The notes under the pieces are model-generated. The model was given only the letters and a program-made list of their open reading frames with translations. It did no database searches and was not told where the DNA came from. From Eledone cirrhosa (Eukaryota), in assembly GCA_964016885.1 (NCBI GenBank), contig OZ024743.1:223882001-223946000 (forward strand): a DNA stretch of 64,000 nucleotides, written 5' to 3'. Made by a program: the position numbers and the translations under genes. Of the stretch, positions 52,562-64,000 are shown piece by piece (the stretch's first letter is position 1; each line of letters opens with the position of its first letter).

Positions 52562-52897
52562 TACTAGTGGTAATAATAATAGTAATAGTAATGTACTGTA
52601 TGTATAGTAGATGGTGCGACTGAGCATGAATGTGCGTTTATGTGTGAATGTATATGTGAATATTATTTGGTGTGTGTGTGTGTGTGAGTGTGAGTGTGTG
52701 TGTGTATGTGTGTGTGTGTGTGAGTGTGTGTGTGTGTGAGTGTGTGTGTGCGTATGTGTTTGTGTGTGTGTGTATGTGTGTGAGTGTGTGTGAGTGTGTG
52801 TGTGTCTGTTTGTGTGTATGTGTGTGAGTGTGTGTGTGTGTGAGTGTGTGTGTATGTGTGTGAGTGGGTGTGTGTGAGTGGGTGTGTGGGTGTGTGA

Positions 52898-52940
<43 letters not shown>

Positions 52941-53082
52941 TGGGTGTGTGTGTGTGTGTGTGTGTGTGAGTGTTTGTGTGTGTGTGAGTGTATGTGTATG
53001 TGTGTGAGTGAGTGTGTGTGTGAGTGTGTGTGTGTGTGTGTGAGTGTGTGTGAGTCTGTATGTGTGTGTGTGTGTGTGTGAG
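52520..53082. repeat. Degenerate (GT)n/(GTGA)n microsatellite field
   Basis: Directly visible; source of the poly-HT ORFs. Confidence 0.95.
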
Positions 53083-53487
53083 ATGCATGGTACAATATAT
53101 GTGGTGTCTATATCTGTTATCATGTTACACCGGGTGGCTACACGTTTTAAAATAAGGTTTAAGTGATATCAAATAGCTTCAACCAGAGATCGAAATCTGA
53201 CTATGTACTTGACTGTCTCGGAAATACTGCTCACGATTCGGCGTTTCCCACGTTTATAACGATTACCTAATGCCGTGTACCAAGATTATGTAACAATCAT
53301 GTATTTTAAAAGATATTGTTCGCATGTGTGAAATGAAACAGTTTCTAATGTGTGTTGCAATATAAAATCTCAGTTCAATTCAACTTAATTCATCTCAATT
53401 AGCACAACACTAGTTTTGTAATAGATGAGCTATAAGACAATATGGATCAATATCATTGTATTACTGGTGCATACTTGTTTTCTAATC

Positions 53488-53960
53488 ATTATTTCCACTT
53501 AAGGGCGGTGGATTGGCAGTATCGGTAGAGGGTCGGACGCCATACTTTGACGCATAGAATTACGGCCCTTGCCATTCTGAGTTCAAATCCCGCCGAGGTT
53601 AACTTTCCCTTTCATCCTTACGGGGCCGATAAAATAAAGTACCAGTAATACACTGGATAATTGCTGGCCCTGTGCCAAAAGTAGAAACAATTATTTCCAC
53701 TTACAAGAATTGCCAGTATCGGTAGAGCGTCAGACATCAGACTTTGCTGCGTAGAGCTATGGCTCTTTACGTCCTGAGTTCAAATCCCGTCGAGGCTAGC
53801 TTTACCTTTCATCCTTACGAGGTCGATAAAATAAAGCACCGGTAATGCACTGGGATCGATTTAATCGACTTTCCCCTCCCCTAAAATTGCTGGTCTTGTG
53901 TCTATAGTAGCAATCATTATTTCCACTTATGCCAAAAGAAGAAACAATTATTTCCACTTA
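53488..53960 (+). mobile_element. Two tandem SINEs plus a tail fragment, separated by four copies of attatttccactta
   Basis: Motif at 53488, 53690, 53916 and 53947; SINE bodies at 53503-53689 and 53709-53915. Confidence 0.87.
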
Positions 53961-54506
53961 CAGCAGAGTACAAGACATCTGGTGAAATAGAAATAACGAT
54001 TGAAAAATTAGTGTATAGCAGTAATACTATTATATTGAATCATTTTGACTTAAAAATACCGAACGAGAAGGACAAATCCAAAGAATGCAATTCATTTACT
54101 GCAGCGTTCTGACTATCTTCACGGCCATGATCGGTCAGTGTTTGTCTTCAACGTTGATTTTGAATCCTATCAATTTGAGAACAATGTAGGTTAATGCTTT
54201 CGTCTTACTGTAACAGAAGGCGATAAGTTAGTATTATCTAAAGAACAGCAAGACTTATTCATTGACGTGGATATTAAGAAGAGAACAGATTTCTGTTATT
54301 ATCCACATCAAGATGTCACCGATATTATTAATAAGCTATTTCTCGTTCTGTCTTCTTTCATTCTCTTGATACATCCTTCTGCTTTTGTAATTCTTTTCAT
54401 ATATTTTCTGGTTCAATTATATACTATGCTTTTGGTTTTATCTTTATTCATTTATTATATTAATTATTATTCCTTTTTTATTTATTTTTTTTTTTTTATA
54501 AATTTT

Positions 54507-54660
54507 GCTTTCACCGTATTTTTTACTAAAGGAATTTTAGCCAGATAATGGGGTTTAGAACCCTCAAATAAATGGAAAAAGATGAGTATTGACACGTCAA
54601 TACTCATCTTTTTCCATTTATTTGAGCTAAAATTCCTTTAGTCAAAAATACGGTGAAAGC
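54507..54660. repeat. ~150 bp fold-back palindrome abutting (TA)n
   Basis: Inner perfect hairpin ctcaaataaatggaaaaagatgagtattgac-ac-gtcaatactcatctttttccatttatttgag, plus outer arms gctttcaccgtatttt../..aaaatacggtgaaagc. Confidence 0.92.
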
Positions 54661-54699
<39 letters not shown>

Positions 54700-54750
54700 T
54701 GTATGTATACACGCACAAGCGTAAACTACACATTCCCATATATATTCATA

Positions 54751-54808
<58 letters not shown>

Positions 54809-55428
54809 ATATATACTGTGTATATATATATAAATATATACTGTATATATATATATAAATAAGTATGTATACGTACATACATATATGTATACAGACGTAC
54901 AGCAGTATGTATATATATATACATACATGCACATATATATATATGTACGTATGGATTAACCGAACATTTATTATAATGCTCGGTGTATTTATAAACAAAC
55001 ATCCCAAATTAAGCCGTACAGTGTCTAGCAACCATCGTTGCTCATTTGTTCAACACTGACAAAGGAGCGCTGTACTAGTTTCAAGCTTATTAGCTATCGT
55101 CACCAACGTATACATTCCTGCCAAGGATATATTACCTGTATGTTTTGTGAAGGTACGTATACTTTCTCGTACGTATATTTGATTGTATATGTTATGGCGT
55201 ATATATTATTTATTCTGGTACATATGCTTTTGGTTATGTGTATACTTGAGTTTTGCGTCTGTGTGAGTATGCGGGTTCGTACTATGTAGGGTGTGTGTAT
55301 ATGTGTACTTTGTGTTTTGGTTGACGTACGTCTCCGTACATATGTGTATTTACATGTAGATATGTGTGTGCGCTTGTTATATACGTATTTATTTATTTAT
55401 TTATATACGTTTATTTAATTATATGTAT

Positions 55429-55554
<126 letters not shown>

Positions 55555-55810
55555 TTTTATGTGTATTTGGTGTATTCTTTCGTATGCGTGCGGGTGCAGG
55601 CGTTGCGTGGGTTCTGTATGCGCGTGCGAGTTTTTTTTTGTTTTTTTTTTGTACATGCGTGTACTTGTATATCTATGGCGAGTGTTTTCGCGTATGCTTG
55701 TGTATGTACGTATATGAATCCGTGTATGTATTTATTTAATTTCAATTACCTCTGTATTTTATTTACTTTATTCTTAACTCTGAAGCTGAGAATCATTCGG
55801 TTTCCTAGTT

Positions 55811-56085
55811 AGAATTTTAGTCTACGACTTCAGTTATACCTTTTACGTGGTTTTATCTTTGCGTGCAATTGTTCTCCCCGCCCACATATGACGTAGCATC
55901 TTCGTTTTTTCCGTTCATTGCCAGAGAACGTCTCTATGAACCACATAATAGAATATTAGTCTACGACTCCTTTTATACCATAAACGTGGATTTGTCTTTG
56001 CGTGTAATTGTTTTTCACCGCTCCAAATAATGACGTATTATATTTGTTTTTTCCCGTTCTTTGTTAGGGAACGTTTCCACGAACC
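55811..56085 (+). repeat. Diverged ~140 bp tandem duplication
   Basis: agaatt(a)ttagtctacgact..acgtgg..tctttgcgtg..aattgtt..tgacgta..ccgttc..gaacgt..gaacca occurs twice. Confidence 0.8.
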
Positions 56086-56163
56086 AAAGTATCGTCTTCC
56101 TGTCTTCCTCCGGTTGCAACGTTTTTAAAATATTCACTTCTGCGTTCACAGATTGACTTTGTT

Positions 56164-56214
56164 AGTTTCAGAAGATCCCGTTAAGGGTGAAAGCAGCGAT
56201 TCTGTGCTGAAACT
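56164..56214 (+). ncRNA. Decayed hammerhead motif
   Basis: agttt CAGAAGA t-ccc-gttaa-ggg-t GAAA gca...tgc TG aaact: all three stems present, two core deviations, AATAAA ~15 nt downstream. Confidence 0.55.
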
Positions 56215-56599
56215 TTAATCTGTTATTTTAATAAATATTTGCTCTACGGTTCTTATATATTTGATATATATTTATCCTTATCGAACCCTCTTTGGATTTT
56301 AGTCTTCAAATTTATTATTATTAGTATACAGTATGTATATATATGTGAATGAGTTGTTTACACTTGTGCCTACATACATGTATGCATACATACATATGTA
56401 TTATTTACTCATACAGATTACATTACTAATTTTATTCTACCTTAAACCCTCCCAAGCGCCATTGGTATTCCATATCAAGCAATCATTTTCGTCTTCAAAA
56501 CTATCAGATCTACATAAAAATATTTCTAGCTTGGTTTCTCATTGCTATCAAAACTCTTTACGTTCTGATCCCTCTTGTTGCTGCTGTCTCGTTGATATA

Positions 56600-59500
56600 A
56601 CTGACATTGCTATTGGTGTTGCTATTGTTGATGCTGTTGTTGTTATTGGTGGTGATATTGCTGTTGTTAACATTGCTATTGGTGTTGCTATTGTTGATGC
56701 TGTTGTTGCTATTGGTGGTGATATTGCTGTTGTTGTCATTGCTATTGGTGTTGCTATTGTTGAGGCTGTTGTTGTTATTGGTGGTGATATTGCTGTTGTT
56801 GTCATTGTTATTGGTGGTGATATTGTTGTTGTTGTCGTTGTTATTGGTGTTGATATTGCTGTTGTTGTCGTTGTTATTGGTGTTGATATTGTTGTTGTTG
56901 TTGTCATTATTGGTGTTGATATTGTTGTTATTGTCATTGTTATTGGTGTTGATATTGTTGTTATTGTCATTGTTATTGGTGTTGATATTGCTGTTGTTGT
57001 TGTCATTGTTATTGGTGTTGATATTGCTGTTGTTGTTGTCATTGTTATTGGTGTTGATATTGCTGTTGTTGTCGTTGTTATTGGTGTTGATATTGTTGTT
57101 ATTGTCGTTATTATTGGTGGTAATATTGTTGTTGTTGTCGTTGTTATTGGTGGTGATATTGTTGTTGTTGTCATTGTTATTGGTGGTGATATTGTTGTTG
57201 TTGTCGTTATTATTGGTGGTGATATTGCTGTTGTTGTCGTTGTTATTGGTGGTGATATTGCTGTTGTTGTCATTGTTATTGGTGGTGATATTGTTGTTGT
57301 TGTCGTTATTATTGGTGGTGATATTGCTGTTGTTGTCGTTGTTATTGGTGGTGATATTGTTGTTGTTGTCGTTGTTATTGGTGCTGATATTGTTGCTGTT
57401 GTCGTTGTTATAGGTGTTGATATTGCTGTTGTTGTCGTTGTTATTGGTGTTGATATTGTTGCTGTTGTCGTTGTTATAGGTGTTGATATTGTTGTTGTTG
57501 TCGTTGTTATTGGTGGTGATATTGTTGTTGTTGCGGTTGTTATTGGTGGTGATATTGCTGTTGTTGTCGTTGTTATTGGTGTTGATATTGTTGCTGTTGT
57601 CGTTGTTATTGGTGGTGATATTGCTGTTGTTGTCGTTGTTATTGGTGTTGATATTGTTGCTGTTGTCGTTGTTATAGGTGTTGATATTGTTGTTGTTGTG
57701 GTTGTTATTGGTGTTGATATTGTTGTTGTTGTCATTGTTATTGGTGTTGATATTGCTGTTGTTGTCATTGTTATTGGTGTTGATATTGTTGTTGTTGTCG
57801 TTGTTATTGGTGTTGATATTGTTGTTGTTGTCGTTGTTATTGGTGGTGATATTGTTGTTGTTGTGGTTGTTATTGGTGTTGATATTGTTGTTGTTGTCGT
57901 TGTTATTGGTGGTGATATTGCTGTTGTTGTCATTGTTATTGGTGTTGATATTGTTGTTGTTGTCATTGTTATTGGTGTTGATATTGTTGTTGTTGTTGTT
58001 GTTATTGGTGTTGATATTGCTGTTGTTGTTGTTGTTATTGGTGTTGATATTGCTGTTGTTGTCATTGTTATTGGTGTTGACATTGTTGTTGCTGTCGTTG
58101 TTATTGGTGTTGATATTGTTGTTGTTGTTGTTGTTATTGGTGTTGATATTGCTGTTGTTGTCATTGTTATTGGTGTTGATATTGTTGTTGTTGTTATTGT
58201 TATTGGTGTTGATATTGCTGTTGTTGTTATTGTTATTGTTGGTGATATTGCTGTTGTTGTCGTTGTTATTGGTGGTGATATTGTTGTTGTTGTCATTGTT
58301 ATTGGTGTTGATATTGCTGTTGTTGTCGTTGTTATTGGTGTTGATATTGTTATTGGTGTTGATATTGCTGTTGTTGTCATTGTTATTGGTGGTGATATTG
58401 TTGTTGTTGTCATTGTTATTGGTGTTGATATTGTTGTTGTTGTTATTGTTATTGGTGTTGATATTGCTGTTGTTGTTATTGTTATTGTTGGTGATATTGC
58501 TGTTGTTGTCGTTGTTATTGGTGGTGATATTGTTGTTGTTGTCATTGTTATTGGTGTTGATATTGCTGTTGTTGTCGTTGTTATTGGTGTTGATATTGTT
58601 ATTGGTGTTGATATTGCTGTTGTTGTCATTGTTATTGGTGGTGATATTGTTGTTGTTGTCATTGTTATTGGTGTTGATATTGTTGTTGTTGTCATTGTTA
58701 TTGGTGTTGATATTGCTGTTGTTGTCATTGTTATTGGTGGTGATATTGTTGTTGTTGTCATTGTTATTGGTGGTGATATTGTTGTTGTTGTCATTGTTAT
58801 TGGTGGTGATATTGTTGTTGTTGTCATTGTTATTGGTGTTGATATTGTTGTTGTTGTCATTGTTATTGGTGTTGATATTGCTGTTGTTGTCATTGTTATT
58901 GGTGTTGATATTGTTGTTGTTCTCATTGTTATCGGTGGTGATATTGTTGTTGTTGTCATTGTTATTGGTGGTGATATTGTTGTTGTTGTCATTGTTATTG
59001 GTGTTGATATTGCTGTTGTTGTCATTGTTATTGGTGTTGATATTGTTGTTGTTCTCATTGTTATCGGTGGTGATATTGTTGTTGTTGTCATTGTTATTGG
59101 TGGTGATATTGTTGTTGTTGTCATTGTTATTGGTGTTGATATTGCTGTTGTTGTCATTGTTATTGGTGGTGATATTGTTGTTGTTGTCATTGTTATTGGT
59201 GTTGATATTGTTGTTGTTGTCATTGTTATTGGTGTTGATATTGCTGTTGTTGTCGTTGTTATTGGTGTTGATATTGCTGTTGTTGTCGTTGTTATTGGTG
59301 TTGATATTGCTGTTGTTGTCATTGTTATTGGTGTTGATATTGCTGTTGTTGTCGTTGTTATTGGTGTTGATATTGCTGTTGTTGTCATTGTTATTGGTGT
59401 TGATATTGCTGTTGTTGTCATTGTTATTGGTGTTGATATTGCTGTTGTTGTCATTGTTATTGGTGTTGATATTGCTGTTGTTGTCGTTGTTATTGGTGTT

Positions 59501-62500
59501 GATATTGCTGTTGTTGTCATTGTTATTGGTATTGATATTGCTGTTGTTGTCATTGTTATTGGTGTTGATATTGCTGTTGTTGTCATTGTTATTGTTGTTG
59601 ATATTGTTGTTGTTGTCGTTGTTATTGGTGTTGATATTGCTGTTGTTGTCATTGTTATTGGTGTTGATATTGCTGTTGTTGTCGTTGTTATTGGTGTTGA
59701 TATTGCTGTTGTTGTCATTGTTATTGGTGTTGATATTGCTGTTGTTGTCATTGTTATTGGTGTTGATATTGCTGTTGTTGTCATTGTTATTGGTGTTGAT
59801 ATTGCTGTTGTTGTCGTTGTTATTGGTGTTGATATTGCTGTTGTTGTCATTGTTATTGGTGTTGATATTGCTGTTGTTGTCATTGTTATTGGTGTTGATA
59901 TTGCTGTTGTTGTCATTGTTATTGGTGTTGATATTGTTGTTGTTGTCGTTGTTATTGGTGTTGATATTGCTGTTGTTGTCGTTGTTATTGGTGTTGATAT
60001 TGCTGTTGTTGTCGTTGTTATTGGTGTTGATATTGCTGTTGTTGTCATTGTTATTGGTGTTGATATTGCTGTTGTTGTCATTGTTATTGGTGTTGATATT
60101 GCTGTTGTTGTCATTGTTATTGGTGTTGATATTGCTGTTGTTGTCATTGTTATTGGTGTTGATATTGCTGTTGTTGTCATTGTTATTGGTGTTGATATTG
60201 TTGTTGTTGTCGTTGTTATTGGTGTTGATATTGCTGTTGTTGTCATTGTTATTGGTGTTTATATTGCTGTTGTTGTCATTGTTATTGGTGGTGATATTGC
60301 TGTTGTTGTCATTGTTATTGGTGTTGATATTGCTGTTGTTGTCATTGTTATTGGTGTTGATATTGCTGTTGTTGTTATTGTTATTGGTGGTGATATTGCT
60401 GTTGTTGTCATAGTTATTGGTGTTGATATTGCTGTTGTTGTCATTGTTATTGGTGTTGATATTGATATTGTTGTCATTGTTATTGGTGTTGATATTGTTG
60501 TTGTTGTCATTGTTATTTGTGTTGATATTGTTGTTGTTGTCGTTGTTATTGGTGGTGATATTGTTGTTGTTGTCATTGTTATTGGTGTTGATATTGTTGT
60601 TGTTGTCATTGTTATTGGTGTTGATATTGTTGTTGTTGTCATTGTTATTGGTGTTGATATTGTTGTTGTTGTGGTTGTTATTGGTGTTGATATTGTTGTT
60701 GTTGTCGTTGTTATTGGTGTTGATATTGCTGTTGTTGTCATTGTTATTGGTGTTGATATTGCTATTGTTGTCGTTGTTATTGGTGTTGATATTGCTGTTG
60801 TTGTCATTGTTATTGGTGTTTATATTGCTGTTGTTGTCATTGTTATTGGTGGTGATATTGCTGTTGTTGTCATTGTTATTCGTGTTGATATTGCTGTTGT
60901 TGTCGTTGTTATTGGTGGTGATATTGTTGTTGTTGTCATTGTTATTGGTGTTGATGTTGCTGTTTTTGTCATTGTTATTGGTGTTGATATTGTTGTTGTT
61001 GTCATTGTTATAGGTGGTGATATTGTTGTTGTTGTCATTGTTATTGGTGGTGATATTGTTGTTGTTCTCATTGTTATTGGTGTTGATATTGCTGTTGTTG
61101 TCATTGTTATTGGTGTTGATATTGTTGTTGTTGTCATTGTTATTGGTGTTGATATTGCTGTTGTCATTGTTATTGGTGGTGATATTGTTGTTGTTGTCAT
61201 TGTTATTGGTGTTGATATTGTTGTTGTTGTCATTGTTATTGGTGTTGATATTGCGGTTGTTGTCATTGTTATTGGTGTTGATATTGTTGTTGTTGTCGTT
61301 GTTATTGGTGTTGATATTGCTGTTGTTGTCATTGTTATTGGTGTTGATATTGCTGTTGTTGTCATTGTTATTGGTGTTGATATTGCTGTTGTTGTCATTG
61401 TTATTGGTGTTGATATTGCTGTTGTTGTCATTGTTATTGGTGTTGATATTGTTGTTGTTGTCGTTGTTATTGGTGTTGATATTGCTGTTGTTGTCGTTGT
61501 TATTGGTGTTGATATTGCTGTTGTTGTCGTTGTTATTGGTGTTGATATTGCTGTTGTTGTCATTGTTATTGGTGTTGATATTACTGTTGTTGTCATTGTT
61601 ATTGGTGTTGATATTGCTGTTGTTGTCATTGTTATTGGTGTTGATACTGCTGTTGTTGTCAATGTTATTGGTGTTGATATTGCTGTTGTTGTCATTGTTA
61701 TTGGTGTTGATATTGCTGTTGTTGTCATTGTTATTGGTGTTGATATTGTTGTTGTTGTGGTTGTTATTGGTGTTGATATTGTTGTTGTTGTCGTTGTTAT
61801 TGGTGTTGATATTGCTGTTGTTGTCATTGTTATTGGTGTTTATATTGCTGTTGTTGTCATTGTTATTGGTGGTGATATTGCTGTTGTTGTCATTGTTATT
61901 GGTGTTGATATTGCTGTTGTTGTCATTGTTATTGGTGTTGATATTGCTGTTGTTGTCATTGTTATTGGTGGTGATATTGCTGTTGTTGTCATAGTTATTG
62001 GTGTTGATATTGCTGTTGTTGTCATTGTTATTGGTGTTGATATTGCTGTTGTTGTCATTGTTATTGGTGTTGATATTGTTGTTGTTGTCATTGTTATTTG
62101 TGTTGATATTGTTGTTGTTGTCGTTGTTATTGGTGTTGATATTGCTGTTGTTGTCATTGTTATTGGTGTTGATATTGTTGTTGTTGTCATTGTTATTGGT
62201 GTTGATATTGTTGTTGTTGTGGTTGTTATTGGTGTTGATATTGTTGTTGTTGTCGTTGTTATTGGTGTTGATATTGCTGTTGTTGTCATTGTTATTGGTG
62301 TTGATATTGCTATTGTTGTCGTTGTTATTGGTGTTGATATTGCTGTTGTTGTCATTGTTATTGGTGTTGATATTGCTGTTGTTGTCATTGTTATTGGTGG
62401 TGATATTGTTGTTGTTGTCATTGTTATTGGTGTTGATATTGCTGTTTTTGTCATTGTTATTGGTGTTGATATTGTTGTTGTTGTCATTGTTATAGGTGGT

Positions 62501-64000
62501 GATATTGTTGTTGTTGTCATTGTTATTGGTGTTGATATTGTTGTTGTTGTCGTTGTTATTGGTGTTGATATTGCTGTTGTTGTCATTGTTATTGGTGTTG
62601 ATATTGCTGTTGTTGTCATTGTTATTCGTGTTGATATTGCTGTTGTTGTCGTTGTTATTGGTGGTGATATTGTTGTTGTTGTCATTGTTATTGGTGTTGA
62701 TATTGCTGTTTTTGTCATTGTTATTGGTGTTGATATTGTTGTTGTTGTCATTGTTATAGGTGGTGATATTGTTGTTGTTGTCATTGTTATTGGTGTTGAT
62801 ATTGCTGTTGTTGTCATTGTTATTGGTGTTGATATTGCTGTTGTTGTCATTGTTATTGGTGTTGATATTGCTGTTGTTGTCATTGTTATTGGTGGTGATA
62901 TTGTTGTTGTTCTCATTGTTATTGGTGTTGATATTGCTGTTGTTGTCATTGTTATTGGTGGTGATATTGTTGTTGTTGTCATTGTTATTGGTGTTGATAT
63001 TGTTGTTGTTGTCATTGTTATTGGTGTTGATATTGCTGTTGTCATTGTTATTGGTGGTGATATTGTTGTTGTTGTCATTGTTATTGGTGTTGATATTGTT
63101 GTTGTTGTCATTGTTATTGGTGTTGATATTGCGGTTGTTGTCATTGTTATTGGTGGTGATATTGTTGTTGTTGTCATTGTTATTGGTGTTGATATTGCTG
63201 TTGTTGTCATTGTTATTGGTGTTGATATTGTTGTTGTTCTCATTGTTATCGGTGGTGATATTGTTGTTGTTGTCATTGTTATTGGTGGTGATATTGTTGT
63301 TGTTGTCATTGTTATTGGTGTTGATATTGCTGTTGTTGTCATTGTTATTGGTGGTGATATTGTTGTTGTTGTCATTGTTATTGGTGTTGATATTGTTGTT
63401 GTTGTCATTGTTATTGGTGTTGATATTGCTGTTGTTGTCATTGTTATTGGTGTTGATATTGCTGTTGTCATTGTTATTGGTGGTGATATTGTTGTTGTTG
63501 TCATTGTTATTGGTGTTGATATTGTTGTTGTTGTCATTGTTATTGGTGTTGATATTGCTGTTGTTGTCATTGTTATTGGTGGTGATATTGTTGTTGTTGT
63601 CATTGTTATTGGTGTTGATATTGCTGTTGTTGTCATTGTTATTGGTGTTGATATTGTTGTTGTTCTCATTGTTATCGGTGGTGATATTGTTGTTGTTGTC
63701 ATTGTTATTGGTGGTGATATTGTTGTTGTTGTCATTGTTATTGGTGTTGATATTGCTGTTGTTGTCATTGTTATTGGTGGTGATATTGTTGTTGTTGTCA
63801 TTGTTATTGGTGTTGATATTGTTGTTGTTGTCATTGTTATTGGTGTTGATATTGCTGTTGTTGTCGTTGTTATTGGTGTTGATATTGCTGTTGTTGTCGT
63901 TGTTATTGGTGTTGATATTGCTGTTGTTGTCATTGTTATTGGTGTTGATATTGCTGTTGTTGTCGTTGTTATTGGTGTTGATATTGCTGTTGTTGTCATT
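56600..64000. repeat. 33 bp trinucleotide-derived minisatellite, >7.4 kb, running off the window; minus strand reads mucin-like (MTTTAISTPIT)n
   Basis: Unit gttgttgtcattgttattggtgttgatattgct. The minus frame is open except for three TAA codons (60259, 60820, 61840). Confidence 0.95.

Noticed and set aside
55038-55289. HQRIHS motif suggesting a C2H2 zinc finger exon
   Set aside because: No correctly spaced CxxC and no TGEKP linker or neighbouring fingers.
56607-62759. Leu/Val-rich membrane-protein-like ORFs on the + strand
   Set aside because: Antisense reading of the 33 bp array, with no non-repetitive domain.

Overview
AT-rich eukaryotic DNA that is repeat-saturated and intergenic or deep-intronic. 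The SINE types, MITEs and density of (TA)n/(CA)n/(GA)n microsatellites suggest a coleoid cephalopod such as octopus (inference). No host protein-coding gene, tRNA, rRNA or CRISPR array can be supported. Non-LTR content: a decayed R4/Dong-like restriction-like-endonuclease (RLE) LINE (1-3300), a 5'-truncated CR1-like LINE (49.2-52.3 kb), RTE and other LINE fragments, and many tRNA-derived SINEs. Penelope-like elements (PLEs): an internally deleted C-rich Neptune-like copy (14.2-17.1 kb) and a nearly intact Hydra-clade-like copy in an inverted plus partial-tandem arrangement (37.6-45.8 kb). Also present are two complete non-autonomous Helitrons, several MITEs and three minisatellites (48, 105 and 33 bp units). 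The main hidden signal is RNA-structural. About a dozen intact or decayed type I hammerhead ribozyme (HHR) motifs can be read by eye. They belong to mostly unrelated sequence families, usually sit beside (TA)n tracts, are often followed by AATAAA, and often lie in fold-back palindromes. This looks like a large population of ribozyme-bearing, TA-targeting PLE termini or mini-elements.
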